Made by a program: the position numbers and the translations under genes. Shown here piece by piece: positions 22,652 through 33,465 of a stretch of 64,000 bases of DNA. Numbering within the stretch: the stretch's first letter is position 1; each line of letters starts with the position of its first letter. The notes beneath the pieces are model-generated. The model worked only from the letters and a program-made list of their open reading frames with translations, made no database searches and was not told where the DNA came from. Source of the DNA: Schizochytrium sp. TIO01 (Eukaryota > Protista > Bigyra: Labyrinthulomycetes); NCBI GenBank assembly GCA_004764695.1, contig SMSO01000004.1, positions 124,001 through 188,000 on the forward strand, read 5' to 3'.

Positions 22652-24361
22652 ATGGGGGGCGATAACTTATGTGATCGGCTGCTGCTCCCGCTGAAGAAGC
22701 AAACGTCCAAGACGATGCAAGGAAGCAAGAACTTGGTCAAGAACTTGCATGGTGCTGTGTTTTCACGAATTCCAGCGCCATTTTCAAGATTCATTGCCAC
22801 GCTTCTGCGTTGCCTTGACTCCTGCCTCTGGGCACTCATCAAATTCGTGTACACAGAGATGAAGCAACTCAATATCCGACTGGTCATTGCTGTGTGCATC
22901 TACCTGGCGCTCTTTAGTGTAGTTATGACCAATATCCGCTACAGCTCACGTTTTCGGCCCTCTCTCAGTACGATCGAAAATATTGAAGACCAGCGCACCC
23001 AGTGGGCCCGCGATTTTGTCGCAACCTACGGTGGCGAGTTGCTCGCAGCTGATAGTGTTGCAGCCTCAGAAGAGCAAAACCTTCCGCTGTGTATTGCTAT
23101 CCCTACTGCAGAGCGCAGACACTCTTTCCTCCTGCAATCTGTGGCCACTGTCGTCCGAAGTATGGTACGCTCGGAAGAAGGGAACTTTGTTCTGATTGTC
23201 AATGATGTTGCCAAGCGAAGGTCGCTCCGCACTGACCCAACCGTTTCTTTCCTTGAACAACATGGCGTCAATGTGATTCACTCATCTCCCTGTTTCAAAA
23301 AGGGAACGTCGTGCAGCTCTCGTCAAAAATCAGTGCTGGATATGGCGACGACTATTGAGGGTTGTTTGACAATGACCACAGCTCGTTATATCGTGCTCCT
23401 AGAGGACGATATGGTTGTCTCCGCGCACTTTGTCGAGCGGGTACTTCGTACTGCACGTGATCTTTCGATGCGCCGTGACCCCTGGGCTTTTGTCAGTCTC
23501 TTTCGCACAAACTATTACGATGGTTTCTCTCGTAACTTTGATTCAATCGTAGAGCTCGTGGGATGGGGCGTCTCTGTGACTTTTATCCTGCTCACCTTGG
23601 TTCATTATTGCTTTAGGTTTTTGGCTTCTCACCAGAACAAACCGTCCGAGTTCACTTTAAAGAACTTTATGTTGCGGCTGATTTGCTACTCAGTGCTTAC
23701 TATTGGAAGCATTTATATGCTGGGCCGCCAGAACATCATTCAGCCTCTTCTCTTTGAAGAAGGGCTGTTTGTGGATGCGAGCAACCCCAGCACAGCGGGT
23801 CTTCTCTTTCCGCGTGATTCAGCAGAACAGTTTGCCGCCTGGCTTCAGACCCCTGACCTCGATGTGGATAAGTCCCAAGCGGCTGTCAAGTTTGCAGAGC
23901 TTCACGAAGTTCCATCTTACCTCCTTCGCCCCAATCCTATCGAGCATGTAGGTCGTTTCACTTCGATTGCCGCAAAGCGAACAAAGCGCGAGATTTCAGA
24001 GCCCATGTCACACTTCATTAATTATATGAAAGTATCCGAATGGTTTGAAGAGGATGATTCTAAGGTTGACCTCCGGTCTCCGCGCGACCTGTCACATAAT
24101 CTCGCAGGATTAAAAGAGGGACTACCTGCGTCTCGAAAAGCGGCAGACAGCGCATATCTCCGTGCCCCAATGGAGAACATAACATATGTCGCGACAAGCT
24201 ACTTCCACCGGATCATGGGTTTCATTTTCATCTCAAGCTCGATGCTGCTCATTATGATTATGGGTCAAGCAGACGGTCTTCAGCTAGGAGAGCTTTACAG
24301 TACTTGCCTTTCACTATTTACTAAGAAACGCTCTCCTATGTCAGATGACAAAGTCAATTAG
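22652..24361 (+). CDS. PGAP4/TMEM246-like membrane glycosyltransferase (GT-A fold split by two TM helices), paralog 1
   Basis: N-terminal TM, LCIAIPTAER, YIVLLEDD, LFRTNYYDGFS, two TM helices ending GRQN, PNPIEHVGRFTS, and an extra C-terminal TM. Start codon uncertain. Confidence 0.75.
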   Translation: MGGDNLCDRLLLPLKKQTSKTMQGSKNLVKNLHGAVFSRIPAPFSRFIATLLRCLDSCLWALIKFVYTEMKQLNIRLVIAVCIYLALFSVVMTNIRYSSRFRPSLSTIENIEDQRTQWARDFVATYGGELLAADSVAASEEQNLPLCIAIPTAERRHSFLLQSVATVVRSMVRSEEGNFVLIVNDVAKRRSLRTDPTVSFLEQHGVNVIHSSPCFKKGTSCSSRQKSVLDMATTIEGCLTMTTARYIVLLEDDMVVSAHFVERVLRTARDLSMRRDPWAFVSLFRTNYYDGFSRNFDSIVELVGWGVSVTFILLTLVHYCFRFLASHQNKPSEFTLKNFMLRLICYSVLTIGSIYMLGRQNIIQPLLFEEGLFVDASNPSTAGLLFPRDSAEQFAAWLQTPDLDVDKSQAAVKFAELHEVPSYLLRPNPIEHVGRFTSIAAKRTKREISEPMSHFINYMKVSEWFEEDDSKVDLRSPRDLSHNLAGLKEGLPASRKAADSAYLRAPMENITYVATSYFHRIMGFIFISSSMLLIMIMGQADGLQLGELYSTCLSLFTKKRSPMSDDKVN

Positions 24362-27088
24362 GGCCTTTGACTCTACATGTTTTATCTGAATATGCACTAT
24401 AGCAGGGGTTTGCAAGTGTCGGTCGTTGCCATGTTGCTCTCTACCTTTTCGACTCGTACGGCTAATGGTGTTTGATGATGCTTAGTCTACGGGTAAAGAA
24501 AGATTTAGTGACCACACACACACGTGTATCAGGGCTGAAATAGGAACGTTGAGGCCTCGCTAACATTTTATCCACTTTTGTTGATCACTCTTCAGAGTCT
24601 GCGTACTGGTTGTTTTGATATTATATTTTTTTAAACCTAATAACTGCAACGTCATGGCACACTGAAAACAATACAAGAGTCTGGGCAAATGCGGGGCCCA
24701 TTCGATGGTGATTATCTTCACTCGTAACCAAGATCTTCTCACCTTCACCTCCCACATTTTTCAAACAGAACAACTGAACAAACAAAACAATGCACATCGA
24801 AGATATACTCTTGAAGAACTTTGGAAATACTAGGATGAGAATGGACTTTGCATTGACATTTCGTCCACCTAGGCTGTGACTACACAATTTTAGAGGCTCT
24901 GTAATAGCATTACCTACCAATGTTTTCTGCTGACCACCTGGAACCACCCAGTGTACCCACACCTTTCTGTTTCAAATGGTATCCCTAAAAATGATTTTTC
25001 ATATACAATACATCCGTTTCGTACTCTATTTTTTCAGAGCTTTTCAGTTTTTATGAAATCATGTTGCCTTCTAACCTTCGTTGTTTTAGGTTTCTTTCTG
25101 TCGGATTTTTTTTTTCCATAGCAAAACTCGCTTTAAAGCGAAATACGCATGCCATCAAATGTCACCAGCTACTGAAAAACCTGTTCGTGTTGCAGCCTAT
25201 TCATGCTTTATCAGTCATAATGCCCTGTTTAGTTCTAATAACAATCCACAAGGAATGAAAGTCAAGTCCCTTTTAATGGAGCACTAGGGTGAGAAGTATT
25301 TCTTCAGTACCTACTCTACAAGCCATGCACATTTATTGATTGATTGATTTTTAAAAGCATCGCCTCCCAGTTTGCGTGCAATGCCGTTCGCTAAAGCCCC
25401 GTTTCCAAACAACCCTTAACATTTGCCTTGGAAAAATGATCTTAACTCTGATGTGATCATTATTCAAAGCACTTTCCAGCTTGAAAACATTATGGAGGCT
25501 TAACTGAAATTACTCAATCGTACACACCCCTACAACCAAACTTCAAGAGTTCGCATTTTACAGTGTCGTCCCTACACCCAGCCCAAGATCGTTGTTCGGA
25601 CCCCTCTTCACAGAAGCGTAGTAGATGCAATTGGCTATCCCCTTCCCCTCACCCCTAGTCTCGATCAGGCGTAGTCGCGGCACGTGCAGAACACGAAACC
25701 TCAGCAAAACGTGTCTACTCAGAAGTAGTCCGAGGAGCCAGAAATGCCCATGCAGCTCAGATTCTCTTACACAGGAAATCGCTTCGAAATATATATATCT
25801 GCAACAGCGGAGAGTCTAAGTGCTAGTAAACTCCTAAAATCAGCTGCACGTGCACGTGCACCCAATGGTACAGCTGTCCACCTTCTTCATATCAGTAAAT
25901 TCACTATGCCAAGTTAATGCGCTAAATCTTAAAAGCTTGCTGGTCTTTCCACCGCTTGCGGCAAAAGTGCAACTCACCATCAGTAAGCGTCTCGCATGCT
26001 TGTCAAGAGATGTCGTCCAAGCTCATCCTGCGAAATTGCTGATCACTAAACCGCAAAGGGTTCATAAGTTTCTATTTGTGTACTACGAATTGAAATTAAC
26101 AAGCACTGCTGCACGAGAAAGGGTCGCTAAAAGCCCCAAACCGAAGTCGCAACTTTGAAGAAGAAATCCACCGGGTACAAGCCACGGAAACGTTTTCTCT
26201 TGCTAGGTACGTGCCGACGGCCTTGCTCAGGTGTCCGTGTTATTGGTTTCTTCAAAGCTGCTTGCTCACACGAAAATAGCAAATAGCTGTTACTGCGCAT
26301 TTTATTCTTCATGACGATTACAATCGCTTTAGGTATAGAAAAATAATGGAAAAGAACGGCGTTCTAAGATATCTATTGCATCTTTTAAGTTCATAAGCTG
26401 CGAAAAAGAAAGAAAAAGCAATTGCGTTACTCGTAGTCATACTCGTAGTGGGGCTTAGCAATGAATGGAGTGAAAAAGAAGTGAATGAACGAATGAATGA
26501 ATGAGTGAATGAATGAATAAGTGTAATCGCTGAGTGCGCTGTGCGGCCTGCATATTCAGATTAGCGACGACGCGGGGGCTGCTGCTGACTTGTGATCGGG
26601 TACAGACCTGCAGCGCACCACAGGGGACTGTGCATGCGAGCGCTGTGGAGGACACCTAGCTAAGCCTTGAGCCCTTTCAGCTGGTGCTCGACCCCTGCCT
26701 GACCTGGCAAGCAACAGATCCTCCATCTCTCGCGATCCAGCCTAAGACTCGACTCAACCAAGTCAAAACTCAAATCAACCAGAGTAGCTCTCCAATTGCT
26801 ATAGTGTATTTTCCTGGGGGGAAAAACTGAGTTTTATCAGAGAGCGCTTGATTTCTGTCTTGATACTTCTTGACGTGCACCGAGTATTGCACAGTTCTCA
26901 TCATATTGGCCAGGTTCGTGCAGGTGAAGGTCGCATTGACTATCAGCAACAAATCACTGAAGACCAGGATTCTAAATTGCTCACAACATAAACACGGCAG
27001 CTAAACGCTGTGAACTTTAACGGAGATCTTCGAGGCTGCAATTTAGAAACTTTGGTTGTTGCTTCAAAATCCACCCAAGGATAACGCG

Positions 27089-28705
27089 ATGGCACGCCGT
27101 CGAAGCAGTAGCACGGCAAGCACAATGCTCAAAACAGAGGAAGATGTCAACTTTTACAAGATAAGCCAATTCAGAGATGAGTTGGATAAACCGTTCGGAC
27201 TCTGTGGATGTATAACAAAGCGTCTGGGAATGCTATCCTGTAAGATGGTGAAACTTTTAGTCTGGTGGCAGAACCCCCAAATATTCATGTGTATTATGAT
27301 ATACATTCTCATGCTTCTTTATGTAGCGGCTAATCTCAGGCATAGCCTTACATTCTACCCAAGCATCGCGAGTATAGCGACTGAAGAAGATGCAAGGACT
27401 GAATGGGCAAAACCTGCTTTTGTGTCCTATGGCTATCAAATTAAGCCTCTTGACGAAACTGCCGATGTTTTGCCTGCCTCCCGACTTTGCATTGCAATGA
27501 CTGCGGCTGACCGCCGCTACCCTTTCATCTATGCATCTGCAGCATCCATCCTGCAAAGCGTGGTGACTTCGGATGAAGAAGTGGCCTTCATTATCAATGA
27601 CGTAAGCCAGTCGTCCAAAAATGGACACAGAAAGTCTACTGCTGACCTTCTAGAGCTAACAGGTGCCCAAGTATACCGTAGGCCAGGTTGCGATCATACT
27701 AAGCTTGGTGGCAAAGGTACTTGCCCGCCCACAATGAAAGCTAAATACGATGTACTTCAGAGTATTAAGACCTGCCTTACTACAACAAGTGCATCGTACA
27801 TCACAATCGTGGAGGATGATATTTTTGCATCTCGAAACTTTGTGCAGCGACAGCTCCTCGCAGCAGATGTTTTGCAAGCTAGTCAGCAGCCTTGGACCTG
27901 CTTACGTCTCTTTCGTACAGGTCAATATGATGGGTTCAGCTGGTCAATTCAGAGCTTCTTAGAGCTTGGTGTTATTAGCGGAGTACTTTCTATACTTTGG
28001 ATCAAAGCCCTTAGCCGGAACACCTGTATGGAGGTTGGGCGAGGCAATAAAGTGGTCCTTGGGGAAATGACGGGTTTGCGTTTTATCAGCTTTGCCCTGC
28101 TCACAATGTTCAGTCTTCTCGTTATGGGCCGCCAGAACACCCTAACACCTTTCTATATGAATGCCGGAATTGTCCCTGCGCCAAACGAAGTTAGTAGCAC
28201 TGCCGTAATGTTTCCTCGTGCCATAGCGGAGGCATTCGTATCATTTGCAGAGTCAAATGCGAAAGCCGCTTCCACTGACCAGGTGCTCAACCAATTTTGC
28301 GAACATAACAATAAAGCACCTTGCTTCTTGCTGCGACCGAATCTTGTGGAACACACTGGACGGTTTTCAGCCCTCTCTAGCCGACGCACAAAACGTGAAA
28401 TTCACCAACCGAGGAAGCACTACGCTTCATATATGCGCACGTCAGAGTGGTTCATCAAAGATGACAAAGACATTTACGAACGCGCACTCAAGCGTTTTCA
28501 GGAAGAAGGAGTGGCCAAGACAATGAGCCTCATGCATCCCACTATGAGTGATGTATATCGCGTTTTACGCGATTCATATTATCCGTCTTGGGTGCCTTTG
28601 ATTTTCATTATGGTTTCAATATCTCTGATCAACATCGTGGCTTTTGCACACCGACCATGGTTAGGAGCCATTATGCGAACTGTTCACTCATTTGCGTGTT
28701 ATTAG
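27089..28705 (+). CDS. PGAP4/TMEM246-like membrane glycosyltransferase, paralog 2
   Basis: Colinear with paralog 1: LCIAMTAADR, YITIVEDD, LFRTGQYDGFS, GRQN, LLRPNLVEHTGRFS, RTKREI, SEWF. First ATG at 27089. Confidence 0.75.
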   Translation: MARRRSSSTASTMLKTEEDVNFYKISQFRDELDKPFGLCGCITKRLGMLSCKMVKLLVWWQNPQIFMCIMIYILMLLYVAANLRHSLTFYPSIASIATEEDARTEWAKPAFVSYGYQIKPLDETADVLPASRLCIAMTAADRRYPFIYASAASILQSVVTSDEEVAFIINDVSQSSKNGHRKSTADLLELTGAQVYRRPGCDHTKLGGKGTCPPTMKAKYDVLQSIKTCLTTTSASYITIVEDDIFASRNFVQRQLLAADVLQASQQPWTCLRLFRTGQYDGFSWSIQSFLELGVISGVLSILWIKALSRNTCMEVGRGNKVVLGEMTGLRFISFALLTMFSLLVMGRQNTLTPFYMNAGIVPAPNEVSSTAVMFPRAIAEAFVSFAESNAKAASTDQVLNQFCEHNNKAPCFLLRPNLVEHTGRFSALSSRRTKREIHQPRKHYASYMRTSEWFIKDDKDIYERALKRFQEEGVAKTMSLMHPTMSDVYRVLRDSYYPSWVPLIFIMVSISLINIVAFAHRPWLGAIMRTVHSFACY

Positions 28706-29592
28706 TAGAAGTCTGTAACGAGGAAGAAAATGTGTCCATGACGCTTTTGTTCAGTTCTGGGCTAGTATTGTGGATGACAGCTTGATGTATGTGACCTTTT
28801 TTCAACCGTTAAAGAAGCGCGCAGACGCACGCGTGGTGCTTCGGATCATTGTAAACGTTATTTGTCTAATTGAAGGCCAACTGGACTCACCACATGCCCT
28901 TTAATATTGAATCCTGCCATGCTTCGTCCTAGATCGCTACCATCCATATTAGGTCAACTGAAGTATCTAAGTAGTAGTTTCTTCTTATTCTGTGTCAACT
29001 CTCGAAGTATACCTTTTCTTTCCACCATACCATCTCCTCTTTGGCTTTCCTGTATCTTGTAGATGTGTAGCTACCGCGTCTGAATTCTTTTCGCTGTGAA
29101 CACATAGTAAAGCACCCAAGTACTTCATTTGCTTGGTTCCTCATGTATTTAAAGTCTGCAACAAGAGGATTATCTGACGAAACTATTAAAACTTTATAAA
29201 AGGGATCATTTTGAGCAGCGTTTCAAACAGGACATGGTACATATAAAAGTACCGCCATACGGGAAATCCTGCGTCCTCTATCTGTCTTCTGCAATTTTAA
29301 TTTTTTATTTTTTTTAAAGAGAGACTCTTGTTTTTGTTTTGGGGAACTTGGTACTACATGATGATAAAAGGAAAAGAAAAAGAAAAAGATGCTTCATGTT
29401 AGTTTTTGGCTGCAAGCAAAAGTCTGCGTCTCAAGTGGAGGCATAAACCAGTTCTCAACAGCGCCTAATGAGTGAGTAAATTGCGCACCGCTTTTCGTTG
29501 TATATCAGCTGTTGCCTTGGTAATACAAAACCTTCCAAAAGCCCAAAGCTTGCAGCAGGAAAAGGCTCAGAGGTTTCAAAGATCCTGAATCC

Positions 29593-32500
29593 ATGAACAA
29601 TGGCGCCAAACCACAGAGTCCAACCGCCTATCTTTTTCCCTTTTGGACAATGAAAGCCTTGACACAGATAATTATCCTCTTGGGCATCATTCAGTCAGAA
29701 TGCACTGGACTCTTGAGCAACAAGCAATATCATACTGATCTTGCAGAATCGTGTCAACTAAACGAAATTAGTATCAGGGTTGAGCCTTTTGTACTTGAGG
29801 ACCCCGCTTGTAATCAGGACAGAGTTCAAGACAGTCTCCGACCAGCCTGCCAGATTAAAAGCATATTTGTAGAGCATCGAGTCACGGCAGGCCATTCAAG
29901 GGGCGACCGTATTCTATCAAAGGCTATAATCAGAGATAATCAAGGTGACTATTTAGGAATATGGTTTGATATACATGAACCCCGATTTGTTATTCCAGTG
30001 GACGCTTTGCCGCCAAGTGATTGTTTTAGCATCTTCATTGCTAGTCGGAATGTTTCTTCGCAATTTTGTACAAACAAAGATTTTGACTTTACGCACGCTA
30101 TTCATTTTCCCATGCGCATGCCTAAAGTTTCTGAAAGTGGCCTTTTGCCCGAAGCAGTACACCGTTGGCGAGTGGGAAAACAAGTGCGAATTAGCCTTGG
30201 CGCATACACTGTAGCTGCTCAACCAGGATGGATTGCTACAGATGTTGCTCAGCTAGATGTCACCTCTTTAGAGTCTTGGACACGAGCTTTAGGCTTTTTA
30301 AGAGCAGATGCCCTTCTTGCAGAGCACGTCTGGGAGCATTTTGATATTGTGCACGGTCTACGAGCGTCTGTTTTTGCTGCACACTATCTCAACCACGCTG
30401 GTGGATATTTTCGTCTAGCTGTTCCTGATGCACTTCGGCTTATAGATGATACTAAAGACTTAAGGGATGGACACTTTGTTCAGTACTCAGCGCGTAGTCT
30501 AGAGCAACTCTTGCGTGCTGGAGGATTTACAGATATTCGGATACTTGAAGCAGACGGGCGCCAACTTCAAAACTGGGCAGCATTTCCATACGAAGGAAAG
30601 AACTGGGGAATAATCAGTCGATCTGCGAGATTTGACCAACGCGGTCCAGTTTCAATCATCCTCGATGCCTCGTTTGAAAAGGAGGCCTTCAATGTTCATG
30701 GAACAACCGAAGAAGCAATTCGAGTACTCCAGGTCTTGCCAGGAAACATACAAGCCTTGCAAGCACTGACTAAATACGAGGGTTCTACCAAGCGACTTCT
30801 CTCGGCCCTTTCAAGGGAAGATCGATTATTAGAACGCATACAATTGCTTTTGGCATCGCTCACGGTGGATTTGCAATGCTGTGACATCGAGATCTCCAAG
30901 GTCCAAGCTCAAGTTTTATTAGAACCGGAACATGCCAGCAGCATTCAGGAGCAACTTGTACCGATCATCTTCAGTTTACAACATTTCCAATTACTCCAAG
31001 ATCAAGTGAACGCTATTTTTTACCTCCAAGCGCATCTTGCAGATTATATATCTCAAGCAAGAGCTTCTACGAGCTCGGGTCCCAAGCTCAATGTTATTCG
31101 TGCTAATAATCTCTTGACTGTAGAAATTCAAGGCAACATATCAAAGAGTTCTAAACAGTTATGTGCCTTCTCAAGCACCCGTGCAGGTGGAAACGTAGTT
31201 TGTGAAGAGGTACAAGAGCTACCATTTCGAACGGTTTTTCAAACAAAGGAGCCGATGGAAGCAGAAATGTATTATAAATCTGGTTCGCGTACAATTGCGG
31301 AGTCTGATCAAGATAGACCACGGTTATGTGCATTTTCAATCGTTCTCAATGGGATGCCCTTCCTGGTTCACCATCTGCCCGCTTTTCAATCTGCAGCAAT
31401 TAAATACGGACTTGATTGGGAATGGCATATTGTAGAAGGGGTTTCAATTAAGCGGGCCAACAGGAGAGATCCGTACAGTGCTGCTCATATTCCAAGCAGT
31501 TATTTTCACCTTGAAAATGGCACAAGCGTGGACGGATCGAGCGAATACTTAGATCAAATTCAGAAAGAAAACCCTGACCAAGTGTTCATTCACCGTCCTG
31601 ATCCTGAACGACCATGGTGGATTGACAAAATTGAAATGGTAAATCGTGCGCTCTCAGAGATGCACCATGCATGTGTTATGATTGAAATTGATGCAGATGA
31701 GCTGTGGGATCCACACTCTTTATACAAGGCTGTGAGTATCATGATGCGTGACCCTCAACAGAGATCCTGTGGATATGTCGATTGCCATTTTCTAATAGGC
31801 CCTGATTTGGCTACGCAATCTCGTGGTGCGGGGGTGTATTCCCATGACGATAACCTAGAGTGGCTACGTGTCTGGAAACTTTCTGCACCAGCAAGTGCAG
31901 GCCATTACGCATGGCTTGCCCACGCCCCACCACGCCTTGTTAGGCTTCACAATAACGGTAGCTTAGAGAATATGTTTTCACGTGAGAAGTGCGTGAGTCA
32001 ACAGGAGTTTGCAGATCGAGGCGTTGGTTTCACACATCATGCATATGTACTTGAAAGCCAGGTTCGCTTCAAGGAAATCTTTTATGGATACAAGGGAGCG
32101 GTTGACGCATGGAAACGGCTGCAGACAATGCCTCGTCCTCTTGATGCTGCAAAGATACTCCCCTTCATTTATGCAAACAAAGGCTCTGTAGACCAAGTTG
32201 TCTGGGCTGATTCTCCTCGAGAAAACCCAGCGATATTGCCGAATGTAAATGTAGTACCAGCGCCAGTGTTTGACAAGGCCAAGCTAACTAGATCGAAAAT
32301 TGTTTTGGATGGAATAGTCTTTCAAGTTTATGAACATGGAGGTATCCTCCGTGTTTGGCTCAATCTGATACCACTGCTAGCACAAGAACTTCAAGATCAT
32401 GGCTATCAATTAGTGATTGTGTTGCGCGGGTCGCCGCAAATAAAGCGCCATCCTGACCTCGTAAATTTATTGTTACCTCTTTTGCAGGCTGGAACAATCG

Positions 32501-33465
32501 ATGTGAGTTTTGCGCCGCTGTGGAACGCATTTGACTATGATAACGCGGATGTCTCTCTGCAAGCCTCTTGTATACGCCATGCTGCGAAAGCTATGATAAG
32601 TACGCTATATACTCAATGTCGCGATATCCCATCAAGCTTGATAGTCCACGATATGATCCCAGAAGCCTTAGGGTGGAATCTTAATCATAGAGAATGGTTT
32701 GCGAAGCATCGAGCCTTGAAATCTGCTAGCCACATCTTTGTTGTTTCACAAACTACAGCAAGTGCGTTGGAAAGATTTTCCCTCTATCAAAATAATGGTT
32801 TTCATCTGCCGCCGCTATCCATTCTTCCTTTAGCTATTGATGCAGATTTTTGGCAACTAGCTCAAAAAGTAAATTTTCAGAGAACCATAGACACCCCATA
32901 CTGGCTTGTTGTAGGCCATCGACATGGGTACAAAGCTACAGGGCAACTTTTGTTTAATTTACTGCCGCTAATGGCCAGTCATGGCATCCCAACGAACGTT
33001 CGTCTCGTTGGAGGGCCGCCGCTTAGCGATTGGGAGCAGAAGGTTGTAGCTACCTCTGGGGCTCGAGTCGAGCATTTTAACAACATTGATTCAAATGAAA
33101 AGCTTGTAGAAATGTACAAAGGTGCACAAGCACTTTTGTATTTATCTGTGTTAGAGGGATTCGGTCTTCCCGTTCTCGAAGCAATGGCTGTGGGGTGCCC
33201 CGTTGTCCTCTTGCGCTCGAATCAAGCATCACTTCAGGTTGCTTCAGAAAAGCTTGCCTTTGTTATTGAGAATTCTTTGGGAATCGAGGGGCTTGACCAC
33301 AAACATGTGTTAAGGGTTCTTCACAACGTGGTGTTAGAAACTTCACCGGACAAGTTTATGAGAGCAAAACTTAGTCGCGAACGAGTCGAAGCCCATTTCG
33401 TATCGTATAGCCCGGCTGCTTCTATTCTTTCTGATAATTTGCTTCAGCTAGCTTCTCGCATCTAG
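29593..33465 (+). CDS. Multidomain glycan-modifying enzyme: SAM methyltransferase + GT-A (GT2-like) + GT4 (GT-B)
   Basis: Signal-peptide-like MKALTQIIILLGII (ATG 29650). Methyltransferase motifs ISLGAY/GWIATD/AEHVWEHF/GGYFRLAVPD (~30180-30670). GT-A motifs IVLNGMPF/WHIVEG/SVDGSSEYLD/EIDADELW (~31320-32220). GT4 motifs IVLDGIVFQ/VHDMIPE/EGFGLPVLEAMAVGCPVV (~32296-33465). Confidence 0.85.
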   Translation: MNNGAKPQSPTAYLFPFWTMKALTQIIILLGIIQSECTGLLSNKQYHTDLAESCQLNEISIRVEPFVLEDPACNQDRVQDSLRPACQIKSIFVEHRVTAGHSRGDRILSKAIIRDNQGDYLGIWFDIHEPRFVIPVDALPPSDCFSIFIASRNVSSQFCTNKDFDFTHAIHFPMRMPKVSESGLLPEAVHRWRVGKQVRISLGAYTVAAQPGWIATDVAQLDVTSLESWTRALGFLRADALLAEHVWEHFDIVHGLRASVFAAHYLNHAGGYFRLAVPDALRLIDDTKDLRDGHFVQYSARSLEQLLRAGGFTDIRILEADGRQLQNWAAFPYEGKNWGIISRSARFDQRGPVSIILDASFEKEAFNVHGTTEEAIRVLQVLPGNIQALQALTKYEGSTKRLLSALSREDRLLERIQLLLASLTVDLQCCDIEISKVQAQVLLEPEHASSIQEQLVPIIFSLQHFQLLQDQVNAIFYLQAHLADYISQARASTSSGPKLNVIRANNLLTVEIQGNISKSSKQLCAFSSTRAGGNVVCEEVQELPFRTVFQTKEPMEAEMYYKSGSRTIAESDQDRPRLCAFSIVLNGMPFLVHHLPAFQSAAIKYGLDWEWHIVEGVSIKRANRRDPYSAAHIPSSYFHLENGTSVDGSSEYLDQIQKENPDQVFIHRPDPERPWWIDKIEMVNRALSEMHHACVMIEIDADELWDPHSLYKAVSIMMRDPQQRSCGYVDCHFLIGPDLATQSRGAGVYSHDDNLEWLRVWKLSAPASAGHYAWLAHAPPRLVRLHNNGSLENMFSREKCVSQQEFADRGVGFTHHAYVLESQVRFKEIFYGYKGAVDAWKRLQTMPRPLDAAKILPFIYANKGSVDQVVWADSPRENPAILPNVNVVPAPVFDKAKLTRSKIVLDGIVFQVYEHGGILRVWLNLIPLLAQELQDHGYQLVIVLRGSPQIKRHPDLVNLLLPLLQAGTIDVSFAPLWNAFDYDNADVSLQASCIRHAAKAMISTLYTQCRDIPSSLIVHDMIPEALGWNLNHREWFAKHRALKSASHIFVVSQTTASALERFSLYQNNGFHLPPLSILPLAIDADFWQLAQKVNFQRTIDTPYWLVVGHRHGYKATGQLLFNLLPLMASHGIPTNVRLVGGPPLSDWEQKVVATSGARVEHFNNIDSNEKLVEMYKGAQALLYLSVLEGFGLPVLEAMAVGCPVVLLRSNQASLQVASEKLAFVIENSLGIEGLDHKHVLRVLHNVVLETSPDKFMRAKLSRERVEAHFVSYSPAASILSDNLLQLASRI

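Noticed and set aside
24621-24962. WVHWVV motif suggesting a PEBP protein
   Set aside because: No DPD or GPxPP/HRY motifs and no ATG start.
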